Counted from the stretch's first letter, positions 8,461 to 16,701 are shown. The stretch: 20,000 bases of DNA from an uncultured virus (IMG/VR IMGVR_UViG_3300030000_000004) (IMGVR_UViG_3300030000_000004), one strand, 5' to 3'. Made by a program: numbers and translations. The notes: generated by a model not told the origin, from the letters alone.

Positions 8461-9253
8461 ACAAAAAATTATATCTGAAGACAATCTGGAAATTCTAAAT
8501 GTAGAACAGATTGCCGCGCGGCGCGTTCCAGTAGAAGATGCTGAAATCTCATTAGGCAAAAGTTCAAATTGGTATTGTCATTTCTGTAAAAAGAAATTTA
8601 GTAGTGAGATGTTTTTCCTTAGACATCGTTGTGATGCAAAGGAAAAAGTACAGACGTTGGCTAGTCCAACCGGTCAAGCTGCGTTCGGATATTACAATGA
8701 GTGGTTACGTCAACGTAGGTTTACCCCACAAACTGCAACAACATTTTTAGAATCAAAGCTCTTTAAAACGTTTGTGAAATTTGCACAAATGGTTATTGAT
8801 GCAAATATTGCAAAACCAGAAAAGTATATTTCTATCATGTTGGTGGCCGATTTAAATCCCACTATGTGGTGTAGGTCAAATGCGTATTCTCTGTATCTGG
8901 ATCACATTGATGCGCTTTCAGATCCAATGCAAGAAGTTCAAGATTCAATCAATTATCTTTTCGATCTTTGTGAGAAAGAAGAATGGTTGAATGACGATGA
9001 TACCCCAAATATTAAGGGTGTATTTGTTTTGATGGGAGTCCAACGAATTCTTTCTTACCTTAGACAGAAAAGATTGTCTCCTTGGTTGTTATTCTGTTCG
9101 AAGACATTCAATGAAGTGTTGAAGCACATGGATCCAAGTGAAAGGTCATCTCTCAACAACATCATCAATGCAGAACATTGGGCTAATAAATTCAAAAAGA
9201 ATCCTCAGACTGTAAAAGATATTGTTACGATAACACAAGCATTAGGATTGTAA
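8441..9253 (+). CDS. Zn-finger-containing protein of unknown function (270 aa)
   Basis: YCHFCKKKF...FLRHRC (C-x2-C...H-x-C) followed by a helical region. Confidence 0.75.
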   Translation: MKKFPSKQKIISEDNLEILNVEQIAARRVPVEDAEISLGKSSNWYCHFCKKKFSSEMFFLRHRCDAKEKVQTLASPTGQAAFGYYNEWLRQRRFTPQTATTFLESKLFKTFVKFAQMVIDANIAKPEKYISIMLVADLNPTMWCRSNAYSLYLDHIDALSDPMQEVQDSINYLFDLCEKEEWLNDDDTPNIKGVFVLMGVQRILSYLRQKRLSPWLLFCSKTFNEVLKHMDPSERSSLNNIINAEHWANKFKKNPQTVKDIVTITQALGL

Positions 9254-9254
9254 A

Positions 9255-9824
9255 ATGGATATTGATATTGACACAGTTCCATCATTTAACCCTCTTAGTA
9301 TTTTTCCATGGGTGAGATCAAGTGTAGTTAGGGATCAAACACTCACCCCACACCCATGTGGTTTTCATCCACAGTTTATTCCTAAAGATTTTCAGACTGG
9401 TTTATCTGCTATCCCATATGATAAAGCTGAAGATTTAGGATTCATGAAGCTTGACTTTTTGCATTTACATGTCTATGAACATTTTAATTCGAGACGTGAA
9501 ATTGAACAGCTTTTAGAAGTTGAACCAGATTGGGGTATCCTTTTACTTCCTGAAAAGCAAACAAAACTTTTTCAACTTGCTAAGCATGGAGAAATTTTGA
9601 ATGCTATTAGACCTAAAAACATTGAAGAGTTAGCTGATGTATTGGCACTCATTAGACCAGGTAAAAGTCAATACGTCAAGCTGTATAAATCACAAAAAGA
9701 AAATACACGAAGAATTCTTTATGCTAAAGGAGAAGATGGATTTTCCTTTAAGCGAAGCCATGCAATTGCCTATGCCATGGTTATCGTATTACAATTACAT
9801 CTCATGGGTGCTGGAATCATATGA
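9255..9824 (+). CDS. dnaE: DNA polymerase III alpha (DnaE)-like protein, catalytic C-terminal fragment (189 aa)
   Basis: Starts MDIDID (DnaE PDxDxD), then HPCG (HxxG), KLDFLHL (KxDFLGL), LFQL, RPKNIEELADVLALIRPG and FSFKRSHAIAYA (YxFNKSHxxAY), all in DnaE order. Confidence 0.88.
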   Translation: MDIDIDTVPSFNPLSIFPWVRSSVVRDQTLTPHPCGFHPQFIPKDFQTGLSAIPYDKAEDLGFMKLDFLHLHVYEHFNSRREIEQLLEVEPDWGILLLPEKQTKLFQLAKHGEILNAIRPKNIEELADVLALIRPGKSQYVKLYKSQKENTRRILYAKGEDGFSFKRSHAIAYAMVIVLQLHLMGAGII

Positions 9825-10582
9825 CACAACTCTCAACTACAACCATTAAGCATTTAGAAATTCTCCAAGAAGAATGTGGTGAGCTTATAGTTGCTATTTC
9901 AAAAATTAAAAGATTTGGGTTGCACGGTTTTAATCCAGAGATTGAAAATTCACCTACTAATTTTCAGAATTTATGTTTAGAAATCGGTGATGTTCTCGGT
10001 ATGATCTCAATGGTTGTTGACAGTGAGTTAAAAGAAGAAGGAATGTCACTTGACATGTTGTTATCGTTAGGTGATAAGAAAGTTGAAAAGCTAACCAAAT
10101 GGGAAAGAAAAAATAGAAAATATTGGAGTGGTGCTTCAATAGAACATCTAGAAGACAATCAAATTTTTGTATTTGGATCTAATCCAGAAGGTCGTCATGG
10201 TGCCGGTGCTGCAAGAAGGGCAGTTGCATTTGGTGCAAAATATGGGGTAGGTAGAGGATTGCAAGGTAAAACCTATGCGCTCGTTACCAAAAATTTAAAT
10301 CCGGGTTATGTTGAAGAGTCAACTGGAATAATTTATGAAAATGAAGGATTCAGATCAGTATCAGAAACTTATATCAAACAGAACATAGATGGATTATATT
10401 TTTGTGCTAAAAAGAATCCAGATAAGGAATTCTTAATCTGTTACAAAATATCATCTGCTGGAAATTTGAATGGATATTCTAGCAATGAGATGTGTGACAT
10501 GTTCTTACGTGACGATATTCCAGAAAACATAATCTTTCATCAAACATATAAACCCTTTGTGGATAAATATGTTCCAAAATAA
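9821..10582 (+). CDS. Fusion of a MazG-like NTP pyrophosphatase domain and an 'IFVFGSN..G.HG.GAA' (A1S_2505-like, possibly macro-related) domain
   Basis: N-terminal EECGEL...EIGDV (ExxE...ExxD); C-terminal IFVFGSNPEGRHGAGAA...FGAKYGVGRGLQGKTYALVT. Confidence 0.72.
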   Translation: MTQLSTTTIKHLEILQEECGELIVAISKIKRFGLHGFNPEIENSPTNFQNLCLEIGDVLGMISMVVDSELKEEGMSLDMLLSLGDKKVEKLTKWERKNRKYWSGASIEHLEDNQIFVFGSNPEGRHGAGAARRAVAFGAKYGVGRGLQGKTYALVTKNLNPGYVEESTGIIYENEGFRSVSETYIKQNIDGLYFCAKKNPDKEFLICYKISSAGNLNGYSSNEMCDMFLRDDIPENIIFHQTYKPFVDKYVPK

Positions 10583-10611
10583 TATACTTTTATCAGGATA
10601 TAGTGTATAAT
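10583..10611 (+). promoter_or_regulatory. Sigma70-like phage early promoter (repeated cassette)
   Basis: TATACT-17 (TTTATCAGG...)-TATAAT; leader TAGAAAGTTCTAAATG; close to the copy at 913. Confidence 0.75.
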
Positions 10612-10642
10612 AATCTATATTCAAATATTTAGAAAGTTCTAA

Positions 10643-10855
10643 ATGATACGCTTAACAATTCATGCCCCACACGGTTACAAAGATCAATATCCAAGTGGAG
10701 ACAGTATCCCAATCCCCCAACTTGGTTCAGACGTACGTTGTCAAAGCGATTCATCGTATACATCTGCTGCTTTCAAAGTTATTGCTGTTGAATATGATTA
10801 TCGTGACGTTGAAATTGATGTAACGGTAACTCTGTTTGATATTTCGAAAGCTTAA
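10643..10855 (+). CDS. Hypothetical protein (70 aa)
   Basis: Directly after the promoter cassette. Confidence 0.7.
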   Translation: MIRLTIHAPHGYKDQYPSGDSIPIPQLGSDVRCQSDSSYTSAAFKVIAVEYDYRDVEIDVTVTLFDISKA

Positions 10856-10856
10856 G

Positions 10857-11186
10857 ATGACAACCATTCATTTAGTAGGTTTGTGCAACGACAACCCAAT
10901 GTTGCAACAATATTTGGGGTGTCTCTCAAAGCGTGATTTCAAGACATATGAAATGGTCTTGAATAATTTCGAGAACAGAAGTTCTGTTGTCGTAAATGGG
11001 AATCATTATGTTTTCAAAGACTGGTGCTATGGCGAAGGTTTAACTATCAGAAAAGAATCTGATGGAACGTGGCACTTCACGACAGGTCTTAACTGTAGGA
11101 GTAGCGGTTCATCTGGCATTTTGGCAAACGGTGGTCCAGAGATGGAACAGTTTTATAAATCCCTCATAGGAGAAGGAGAAAAATAA
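10857..11186 (+). CDS. Hypothetical protein
   Basis: ATG 10857, 1 nt after the upstream stop, with GAAAG upstream. Confidence 0.65.
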   Translation: MTTIHLVGLCNDNPMLQQYLGCLSKRDFKTYEMVLNNFENRSSVVVNGNHYVFKDWCYGEGLTIRKESDGTWHFTTGLNCRSSGSSGILANGGPEMEQFYKSLIGEGEK

Positions 11187-11377
11187 TGAAAGTCCATCCA
11201 CAAGAACGAGTTGATGAGTCTCTTGACAATGCAATCGACAATGACTTTGAATTCAGGGACCTTGATCCAGAACAAATCGCAGAAGATCTGTCTGAATACG
11301 ATTCTGACTTTGAAGATGCTGATTTGGATACATTGACAACCCAAGTTAAGGACTGGTTAGTCCGGCATCCAAAATGA
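11186..11377 (+). CDS. Small highly acidic protein (63 aa)
   Basis: AAGGAG RBS, TAATG coupling; 20 of 63 residues are D/E. Confidence 0.75.
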   Translation: MKVHPQERVDESLDNAIDNDFEFRDLDPEQIAEDLSEYDSDFEDADLDTLTTQVKDWLVRHPK

Positions 11378-11637
11378 CAATCTACATTGATAAAGCCGAG
11401 TGGGTCACTAAAGCAAAGAACCCACGCAAGCAATACGCTCACATGATTTCTGATACCTCTCTTGAAGAGCTTCACTTTTTTGCTGCACAAATGGGAATCA
11501 AACGACATTTTTTCCATCAAAGTCGTGCTTGCAAGCATTACGATATTTCTGGTGAACAGATCCAGAAAGTTTTATCTGCTGGTGCATATGAAGTATCATC
11601 AAAAGAAATCGTTAAACTCGGAAGGTATGTTGTATGA
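11374..11637 (+). CDS. DUF4031-like protein
   Basis: IYID...HMISDTSLEELHFFAAQMG...FF...HYDI...AGA. Confidence 0.75.
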   Translation: MTIYIDKAEWVTKAKNPRKQYAHMISDTSLEELHFFAAQMGIKRHFFHQSRACKHYDISGEQIQKVLSAGAYEVSSKEIVKLGRYVV

Positions 11638-11903
11638 GTAATGCACTTGAACCGGGTTGCTTAGCACTAGTTGTTAAATCACAAGAAGGAAAGTCAGTTG
11701 ATTCAATAGTCCAATGTATTGGATTGATTCAACATCCTAAATTTGGGGCTGTTTGGAGAGTTCGTAGTAAATCACTATTGGCTGTTGTCAATGACATGCA
11801 GGTATTTACGGCATATGCTCCTTCATCTTGGTTGAAAAAAATTCAGCCTGGTGAATTGGATAAACTTAATAAGATAGAAAAATCAGAACTATCAAATGTT
11901 TAA
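11634..11903 (+). CDS. Hypothetical protein (89 aa)
   Basis: ATGA overlap; LEPGCLALVV start. Confidence 0.7.
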   Translation: MSNALEPGCLALVVKSQEGKSVDSIVQCIGLIQHPKFGAVWRVRSKSLLAVVNDMQVFTAYAPSSWLKKIQPGELDKLNKIEKSELSNV

Positions 11904-11920
11904 ATTTGAAAGGTATATAT

Positions 11921-12235
11921 ATGAAAGTATCTGATAACATGCAAGTATTCAATCGTTTTGACATTAACGGTATAACTTTCACGTTGGAGATGTCCCATGC
12001 TGAAGATTATTTCATACTGACTTCTCTTAAGAAACCGGTAGATGATAATCAACGTCCAGTAGTGGAATTTTTTGTTGATGAACACTGTAGAATTTTCAAA
12101 TATCGAAAACATGTAGCTACACTCAATTTTACTTATGGTAAATGGGAAGCTCAATTTGGAGATGGGACAACAACACGATCATGCTACTCTGATCTGCCCA
12201 ATGCAGTTTTTCAAATTTTAAAATTCCTGGTATAA
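11921..12235 (+). CDS. Hypothetical beta-rich protein
   Basis: GAAAGG upstream of ATG 11921. Confidence 0.7.
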   Translation: MKVSDNMQVFNRFDINGITFTLEMSHAEDYFILTSLKKPVDDNQRPVVEFFVDEHCRIFKYRKHVATLNFTYGKWEAQFGDGTTTRSCYSDLPNAVFQILKFLV

Positions 12236-12238
12236 CAT

Positions 12239-12484
12239 ATGGACACTAATGACATAATAAAACCTTTCTCTGAACTTCCAGCAGATGCTGATCTAACAAA
12301 TGGTAGTTGGGGATGGGGACATAACACAACAGATTTTGATAAAGCTTGGGTAGAATACGTTGATGAAAATTTAAATTCAACAATCTATTATGTGCCATTG
12401 GTGGTGATTCAAATGCTCAAGTGGACAAATGTTAACACTAAACAAAAAGTGCAGGATGACATTAAGCGGGCCTTGGGTTTGTGA
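12239..12484 (+). CDS. Hypothetical protein (81 aa)
   Basis: Operon packing, 3 nt after the upstream stop. Confidence 0.65.
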   Translation: MDTNDIIKPFSELPADADLTNGSWGWGHNTTDFDKAWVEYVDENLNSTIYYVPLVVIQMLKWTNVNTKQKVQDDIKRALGL

Positions 12485-12490
12485 TATAAT
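12482..12490 (+). promoter_or_regulatory. Extended -10 promoter (TGnTATAAT)
   Basis: TGATATAAT followed by a TAGAAAG leader. Confidence 0.6.
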
Positions 12491-12512
12491 CTAATTTTTA
12501 GAAAGATTGAAA

Positions 12513-12842
12513 ATGAAAGACGCAAAATACGTAATTGAACACACTACACATCTTGACAGTTTTCGGGTGGGTGATAAACATTACTCGCATGTGATTGATA
12601 CCAAGAATGATTCAACGTACATCATCGACGAAGATAACAATATTCTTTTTACAGTCAATTCAGATGCTTATGCATATGATGCAGATGGTGAGCGGATTGG
12701 TAAATTCCACTACGTTGGAACAGCAACTTCTAACAATTGGCGTTTCGTTGATACGACCAATACTGAATTGAAATATTTCCCAACATGGGATTTGATCAAA
12801 AGCGAAACTCAGTTCTTCAAAGAACTGCTCAGTGCAAAATAA
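12513..12842 (+). CDS. Hypothetical beta-rich protein
   Basis: TAGAAAG then ATG 12513. Confidence 0.72.
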   Translation: MKDAKYVIEHTTHLDSFRVGDKHYSHVIDTKNDSTYIIDEDNNILFTVNSDAYAYDADGERIGKFHYVGTATSNNWRFVDTTNTELKYFPTWDLIKSETQFFKELLSAK

Positions 12843-12844
12843 AT

Positions 12845-12873
12845 TTGTAAATTACTCCAGGTTGTGATATAAT
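12845..12873 (+). promoter_or_regulatory. Sigma70-like promoter upstream of cca
   Basis: TTGTAA-17 (contains CAGG)-TATAAT with a TGn extension. Confidence 0.75.
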
Positions 12874-12900
12874 ATTCTTAATTGAAAAACTGGAGATAAT

Positions 12901-14022
12901 ATGAGGATTTTTGCTGTTGGTGGTTCAGTTCGGGATACACTGTTAGGATTGGATCCTTCTGATCATGACTATGTTGTGGTTGGTGCAACTGAACAGGAAA
13001 TGCTGGACTTAGGCTACAAGAATGTAGGAGTCGCATTCCCAGTATTTTTGCATCCAGAAACCGGTGATGAATATGCATTGGCTCGCAAAGAACGTAAAAC
13101 GGGTTCTGGTTATTTGGGTTTCTCTGTTGAGTTTGATCCATCGGTAACCATTGAAGAAGATTTGTTTCGTCGCGATTTGACGATCAATTCGATCGCAATG
13201 GATTTGGAAACTGGAGAAATTATTGATCCATTTGGTGGACAAGCTGATCTGTTTGATCGTAATTTACGTCATACTTCTGCAGCATTTTCTGAAGATCCAT
13301 TGCGTGTAATTCGTCTTGCACGATTTGCTGCCAGATACCCAGATTTCAGAATTGATCCAACAACTCAAAAAATGGCTCACCAATTGGTTATGGAACCGGG
13401 TGAAATGAATTCATTGTCGGATGAACGTTTTATTGCAGAAATGGATAAGATGTTTTCTACATGTTCTAGGCCAGATATCTTTTTTGATTGGTTGTGGCAT
13501 TTTGGTGTTTTCAGTTATGTGAATTTCTTTTCTGATTTATTTGGTTCTGTTACAATGGGATCATTTGAACGTAAGTTCGCACGAAATGCAATGCATGTTA
13601 AATGTCTTCCAGAAAAAGATAGGTTAGCAATTTTTATTGGATTGGCTACATCATTCGATGCAAAACAAACATCAAGTGCAATCCCAAAAAGGTTCAAGGA
13701 CTTGACAGAAAGTATGTTGTTTCTGAATTCCACAGTTATGGATGCAGAAATGATTGGTCTGTTTATCAACATGAATCATGCCTGGCATGATATGACGATG
13801 TTGGATGACGTGTTTATGGCCTTGACGTGTATCGAAGATATGGGAGGTCTTCCTTCAATTGATATTTCGGTTCACATGTTGAGAGGTATGGTGACCGCTT
13901 GCAGTTCAGTTAGTGCTGAAAAATATATGCATTTGGTTGGAAAAGAAATTGGTAGAGCAATTGCTGCCGAAAGATTGGCAGTTATTCAAAAACGTTTGGA
14001 GAATACTTATGAAGGCTTCTAA
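12901..14022 (+). CDS. cca: Class II tRNA nucleotidyltransferase (CCA-adding enzyme), no HD domain
   Basis: VGGSVRD.LLG...DHDYVV, FPVF, EYALARKE, EEDLFRRDLTINSIA, DPFGG, FSEDPLRVIRLARF, ERF..E. Confidence 0.93.
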   Translation: MRIFAVGGSVRDTLLGLDPSDHDYVVVGATEQEMLDLGYKNVGVAFPVFLHPETGDEYALARKERKTGSGYLGFSVEFDPSVTIEEDLFRRDLTINSIAMDLETGEIIDPFGGQADLFDRNLRHTSAAFSEDPLRVIRLARFAARYPDFRIDPTTQKMAHQLVMEPGEMNSLSDERFIAEMDKMFSTCSRPDIFFDWLWHFGVFSYVNFFSDLFGSVTMGSFERKFARNAMHVKCLPEKDRLAIFIGLATSFDAKQTSSAIPKRFKDLTESMLFLNSTVMDAEMIGLFINMNHAWHDMTMLDDVFMALTCIEDMGGLPSIDISVHMLRGMVTACSSVSAEKYMHLVGKEIGRAIAAERLAVIQKRLENTYEGF

Positions 14023-15040
14023 AGAAAAAGTTCTGTTTAAGGTGTTGACTGGTTCTCGCCTTTATGGTACGTTCACTGCTGAATCAGATTATGATTACAA
14101 GGCAGTGGTTCTTCCACCATTGGAAACACTGTTGATGAATATCAAGGTGACCAATCGTAAGGAGAAACCTGAAGGTAAAGGTCAAAATGCAAAAATGCTT
14201 GCGGGTGAAACAGAGACAGAATATCTACCACTTCAAGTTTTCTTGGATGATTTTTTTGCTGGTCAAACCTATGCCATTGAAGTAGCTTTTGCTGCTGCAC
14301 AAGGTTTGACTGAGACAAAGGATCCGTTTGTTGAAACGTGGATGAAGGATATGATTGACCGATTCTTGACAAAGAATGTTAAGAAGATGGTTGGTTATGC
14401 GGTGTCTCAATCCAAGGTTTACGGTTTGAAAACGGAGAGGTTTAAGGCAATTAAAGATGCTGTGCGTCTCATTGAAGAGTATGCTCAAAATGGTTCTCTG
14501 CTTGTTGACTTGAATGATGCAGTTGATCTTCGTCTTAAGCTGACTGAACTTCCATTCGTGAAACCCACCATGATTGAAAATTCACGTAGTGGTTCTGAAT
14601 TGGTGCCAGCTTTAGAAATCTGTGAGAAGAAATTTTCACTGACGAATAAGATTGACACGATGTATCTGTCTTTGAAGAAATCTCTTGACAGTTATGGTTC
14701 ACGTGTTGCTTCTTTTGAGGGTGAAGGTGTGGATTGGAAAGCATTGAGTCATGCTATCAGAATCACAAGTCAAGTAATTGAGCTGAGTGAAACTGGTTCT
14801 ATCGTCTTTCCTAATAATCAAGCTGAGGTGATCAAGCTTATTAAGCAAGGCCTGGTTCCACTTGATGAAGCAACAGAACTACTGGAAATGTTTTTCAGTA
14901 ATATTGATGAGGCTGTTGAATCATCGGTTCTTAAAGAACGAACTCCAAAAATGGAAGAAGATTTCTATATTTGGAAACGAGATATCTTGATTGGTTTATA
15001 CGGTGAAGAAATGATTCAATATTCTAAGCAATTTTCTTAA
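14009..15040 (+). CDS. Pol-beta-superfamily nucleotidyltransferase (RlaP / T4 NrdC.11-like)
   Basis: GSRLYGT...SDYDYK, GYA..Q...Y, DWKALSHAIR. GGAG RBS before ATG 14009, overlapping the end of cca. Confidence 0.82.
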   Translation: MKASKEKVLFKVLTGSRLYGTFTAESDYDYKAVVLPPLETLLMNIKVTNRKEKPEGKGQNAKMLAGETETEYLPLQVFLDDFFAGQTYAIEVAFAAAQGLTETKDPFVETWMKDMIDRFLTKNVKKMVGYAVSQSKVYGLKTERFKAIKDAVRLIEEYAQNGSLLVDLNDAVDLRLKLTELPFVKPTMIENSRSGSELVPALEICEKKFSLTNKIDTMYLSLKKSLDSYGSRVASFEGEGVDWKALSHAIRITSQVIELSETGSIVFPNNQAEVIKLIKQGLVPLDEATELLEMFFSNIDEAVESSVLKERTPKMEEDFYIWKRDILIGLYGEEMIQYSKQFS

Positions 15041-15455
15041 AAGTTATTTCTATCCCTTCGGGGATAGAAATAATTCTTCTGCGCTTTACTTTTGATTTGT
15101 TCATTCCTTTGTATGAGAAAGCATTTCCTACTATACGAGTAACATATGAAGCATCAAATGTTCTATAAAGTGGGGCTAACTGTGATGTCAATCCGTGATT
15201 TGCTATCTCTACACTCAATGGGCGTTCTTCAGATTTACCATAAAACCATCTGGTGACGATACTTAGGAAATCATATATAGGAATATTTTCCTGCTCTGCA
15301 TAATCAAGTACGTATGCACCGATCTCATCTGGCATAATGTTATCGATTATACAGAGATAAGTTTCTCGTTTATATTCTAATAACGAAAGATACTTAAGAT
15401 TGCATTTTTCGTGTAATAGTTCAATTTTAAGTAGCGGTATTTTTTTCTTTGTCAT
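15024..15455 (-). CDS. Hypothetical phage protein (143 aa), the only credible minus-strand gene
   Basis: Occupies a region with no + strand ORF; AAGGA RBS; TTAAATA late-like motif upstream (15483-15489, - strand). Confidence 0.8.
   Translation of the reverse strand: MTKKKIPLLKIELLHEKCNLKYLSLLEYKRETYLCIIDNIMPDEIGAYVLDYAEQENIPIYDFLSIVTRWFYGKSEERPLSVEIANHGLTSQLAPLYRTFDASYVTRIVGNAFSYKGMNKSKVKRRRIISIPEGIEITFKKIA
15044..15080 (+). terminator. Probable intrinsic terminator with a C(UUCG)G tetraloop
   Basis: Perfect 13-bp stem TTATTTCTATCCC-TTCG-GGGATAGAAATAA followed by TTCTTCT, 3 nt after the NTase stop. Confidence 0.75.
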
Positions 15456-15521
15456 TAAATATGTCCTTATAGAAGATAAAGATATTTAAGATGATAGTTA
15501 ACCTGATTTTGGAGAATACAT

Positions 15522-15740
15522 ATGACATGGCTCGGAGATGATAAAATAAAAGTGACTGGTGATAAACAAGCAACATTATTGAGAGAACGTTCAGTATTGG
15601 TTGCGAGTATTGAAATTTTGGGTATCAAACCTTTACCCAATAAAACTCAATCGGCATTGATCGGCCGTCAAGAAGATTTGCTTAACCTCGCTAAAAAGGT
15701 TAAGGCTATCGATAAAAAATTAGGAAGAATTGTGGATTAA
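15522..15740 (+). CDS. Hypothetical helical protein (72 aa)
   Basis: GGAG RBS. Confidence 0.7.
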   Translation: MTWLGDDKIKVTGDKQATLLRERSVLVASIEILGIKPLPNKTQSALIGRQEDLLNLAKKVKAIDKKLGRIVD

Positions 15741-15742
15741 TG

Positions 15743-15788
15743 TGTACAATTCACAGGTTGTGTGGTATAATAACATCATACCAACTTA
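15743..15788 (+). promoter_or_regulatory. Sigma70-like phage early promoter (repeated cassette)
   Basis: TGTACA-17 (contains CAGG)-TATAAT-AACATCATACCAACTTA. Confidence 0.8.
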
Positions 15789-15804
15789 ATATAGAAAGTG
15801 CATT

Positions 15805-16122
15805 ATGACCAACCTGACTATTTCTGAATTGATTTCTGCAGCTAACAAGTTGACCGTTGAAGATCAATTGGTTCTGAATAAAGCTCTCTGTGTTATGATT
15901 CGTACGAAACGTAAAACGGATGCTATCATTTCCAGCACCAAGTTCTTCCCAACACAAATTGTCAAGTTCAATGCAAAAACCCGCGGTATTCGTATGTTGA
16001 AGATTGAAAAATTCAACCGAGCCCACACTGCTGTTGTTGGTTATGAAGTTGATGAAACTGGTAAGCAAGTTCCATACTCTGCTAAGTGGACTGTTTCTAT
16101 CACTCTCTGCACCCCAGTCTAA
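15805..16122 (+). CDS. Hypothetical protein (105 aa)
   Basis: After the promoter cassette; TAGAAAG leader. Confidence 0.78.
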   Translation: MTNLTISELISAANKLTVEDQLVLNKALCVMIRTKRKTDAIISSTKFFPTQIVKFNAKTRGIRMLKIEKFNRAHTAVVGYEVDETGKQVPYSAKWTVSITLCTPV

Positions 16123-16131
16123 GGAATCAAC

Positions 16132-16701
16132 ATGAACTTGAATGTGACTATCGGTGATGCAATCATTCTGGCAAATCTCGCAATGCTTGATGCAGATGAT
16201 TGGAAGAGTAAAAGCGAAGGTCGAAGTGATGCAGACATTTTCATGGCGTATCACTTTAGCCGAAAAGAACTTTCATCGAATATTCGCAAACAGGTTGAAG
16301 CTCTCGAAATGAACAAGCCTTCTGTTCCACAACCTACTCCACAGATTACTGTTGACATGGTGGATGCAATCAAGGTTCAATTCTTGAAACCCATTTTTGA
16401 GGATGATTTTGCTGAACGTGGTATGACAGCTTGGTTGACAAAAATTGAATGGGCTGAACGTGAACAGTGTTACAAGTTGTATTTTGACTTCAGTGAATTT
16501 GAAGCGGAAAATGAAAAGTACTTTTCTGAAACATATTGGGCCAATTCAAAGACTGCACTGCTACCAAAGAAAAGCTTTTACACAGCAAAAGAGGCAGGTT
16601 ATTACAACAAAAAACTCAGCACTTATTTCAGTGATGAATCTGATACTCAAAATCCTGAATCATTTGCACGTGAAATTGTCAAATATTTGAAAGTTGTTTG
16701 A
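16132..16701 (+). CDS. Hypothetical protein (189 aa)
   Basis: AAGGA RBS; long open frame. Confidence 0.78.
   Translation: MNLNVTIGDAIILANLAMLDADDWKSKSEGRSDADIFMAYHFSRKELSSNIRKQVEALEMNKPSVPQPTPQITVDMVDAIKVQFLKPIFEDDFAERGMTAWLTKIEWAEREQCYKLYFDFSEFEAENEKYFSETYWANSKTALLPKKSFYTAKEAGYYNKKLSTYFSDESDTQNPESFAREIVKYLKVV

Noticed and set aside
4144..9824. Split intein (cyanobacterial DnaE-type trans-splicing) joining the two DnaE fragments
   Set aside because: The N-fragment ends in DnaE-like sequence with no intein-N block, and the C-fragment starts directly at DIDID with no HN-C/S junction.
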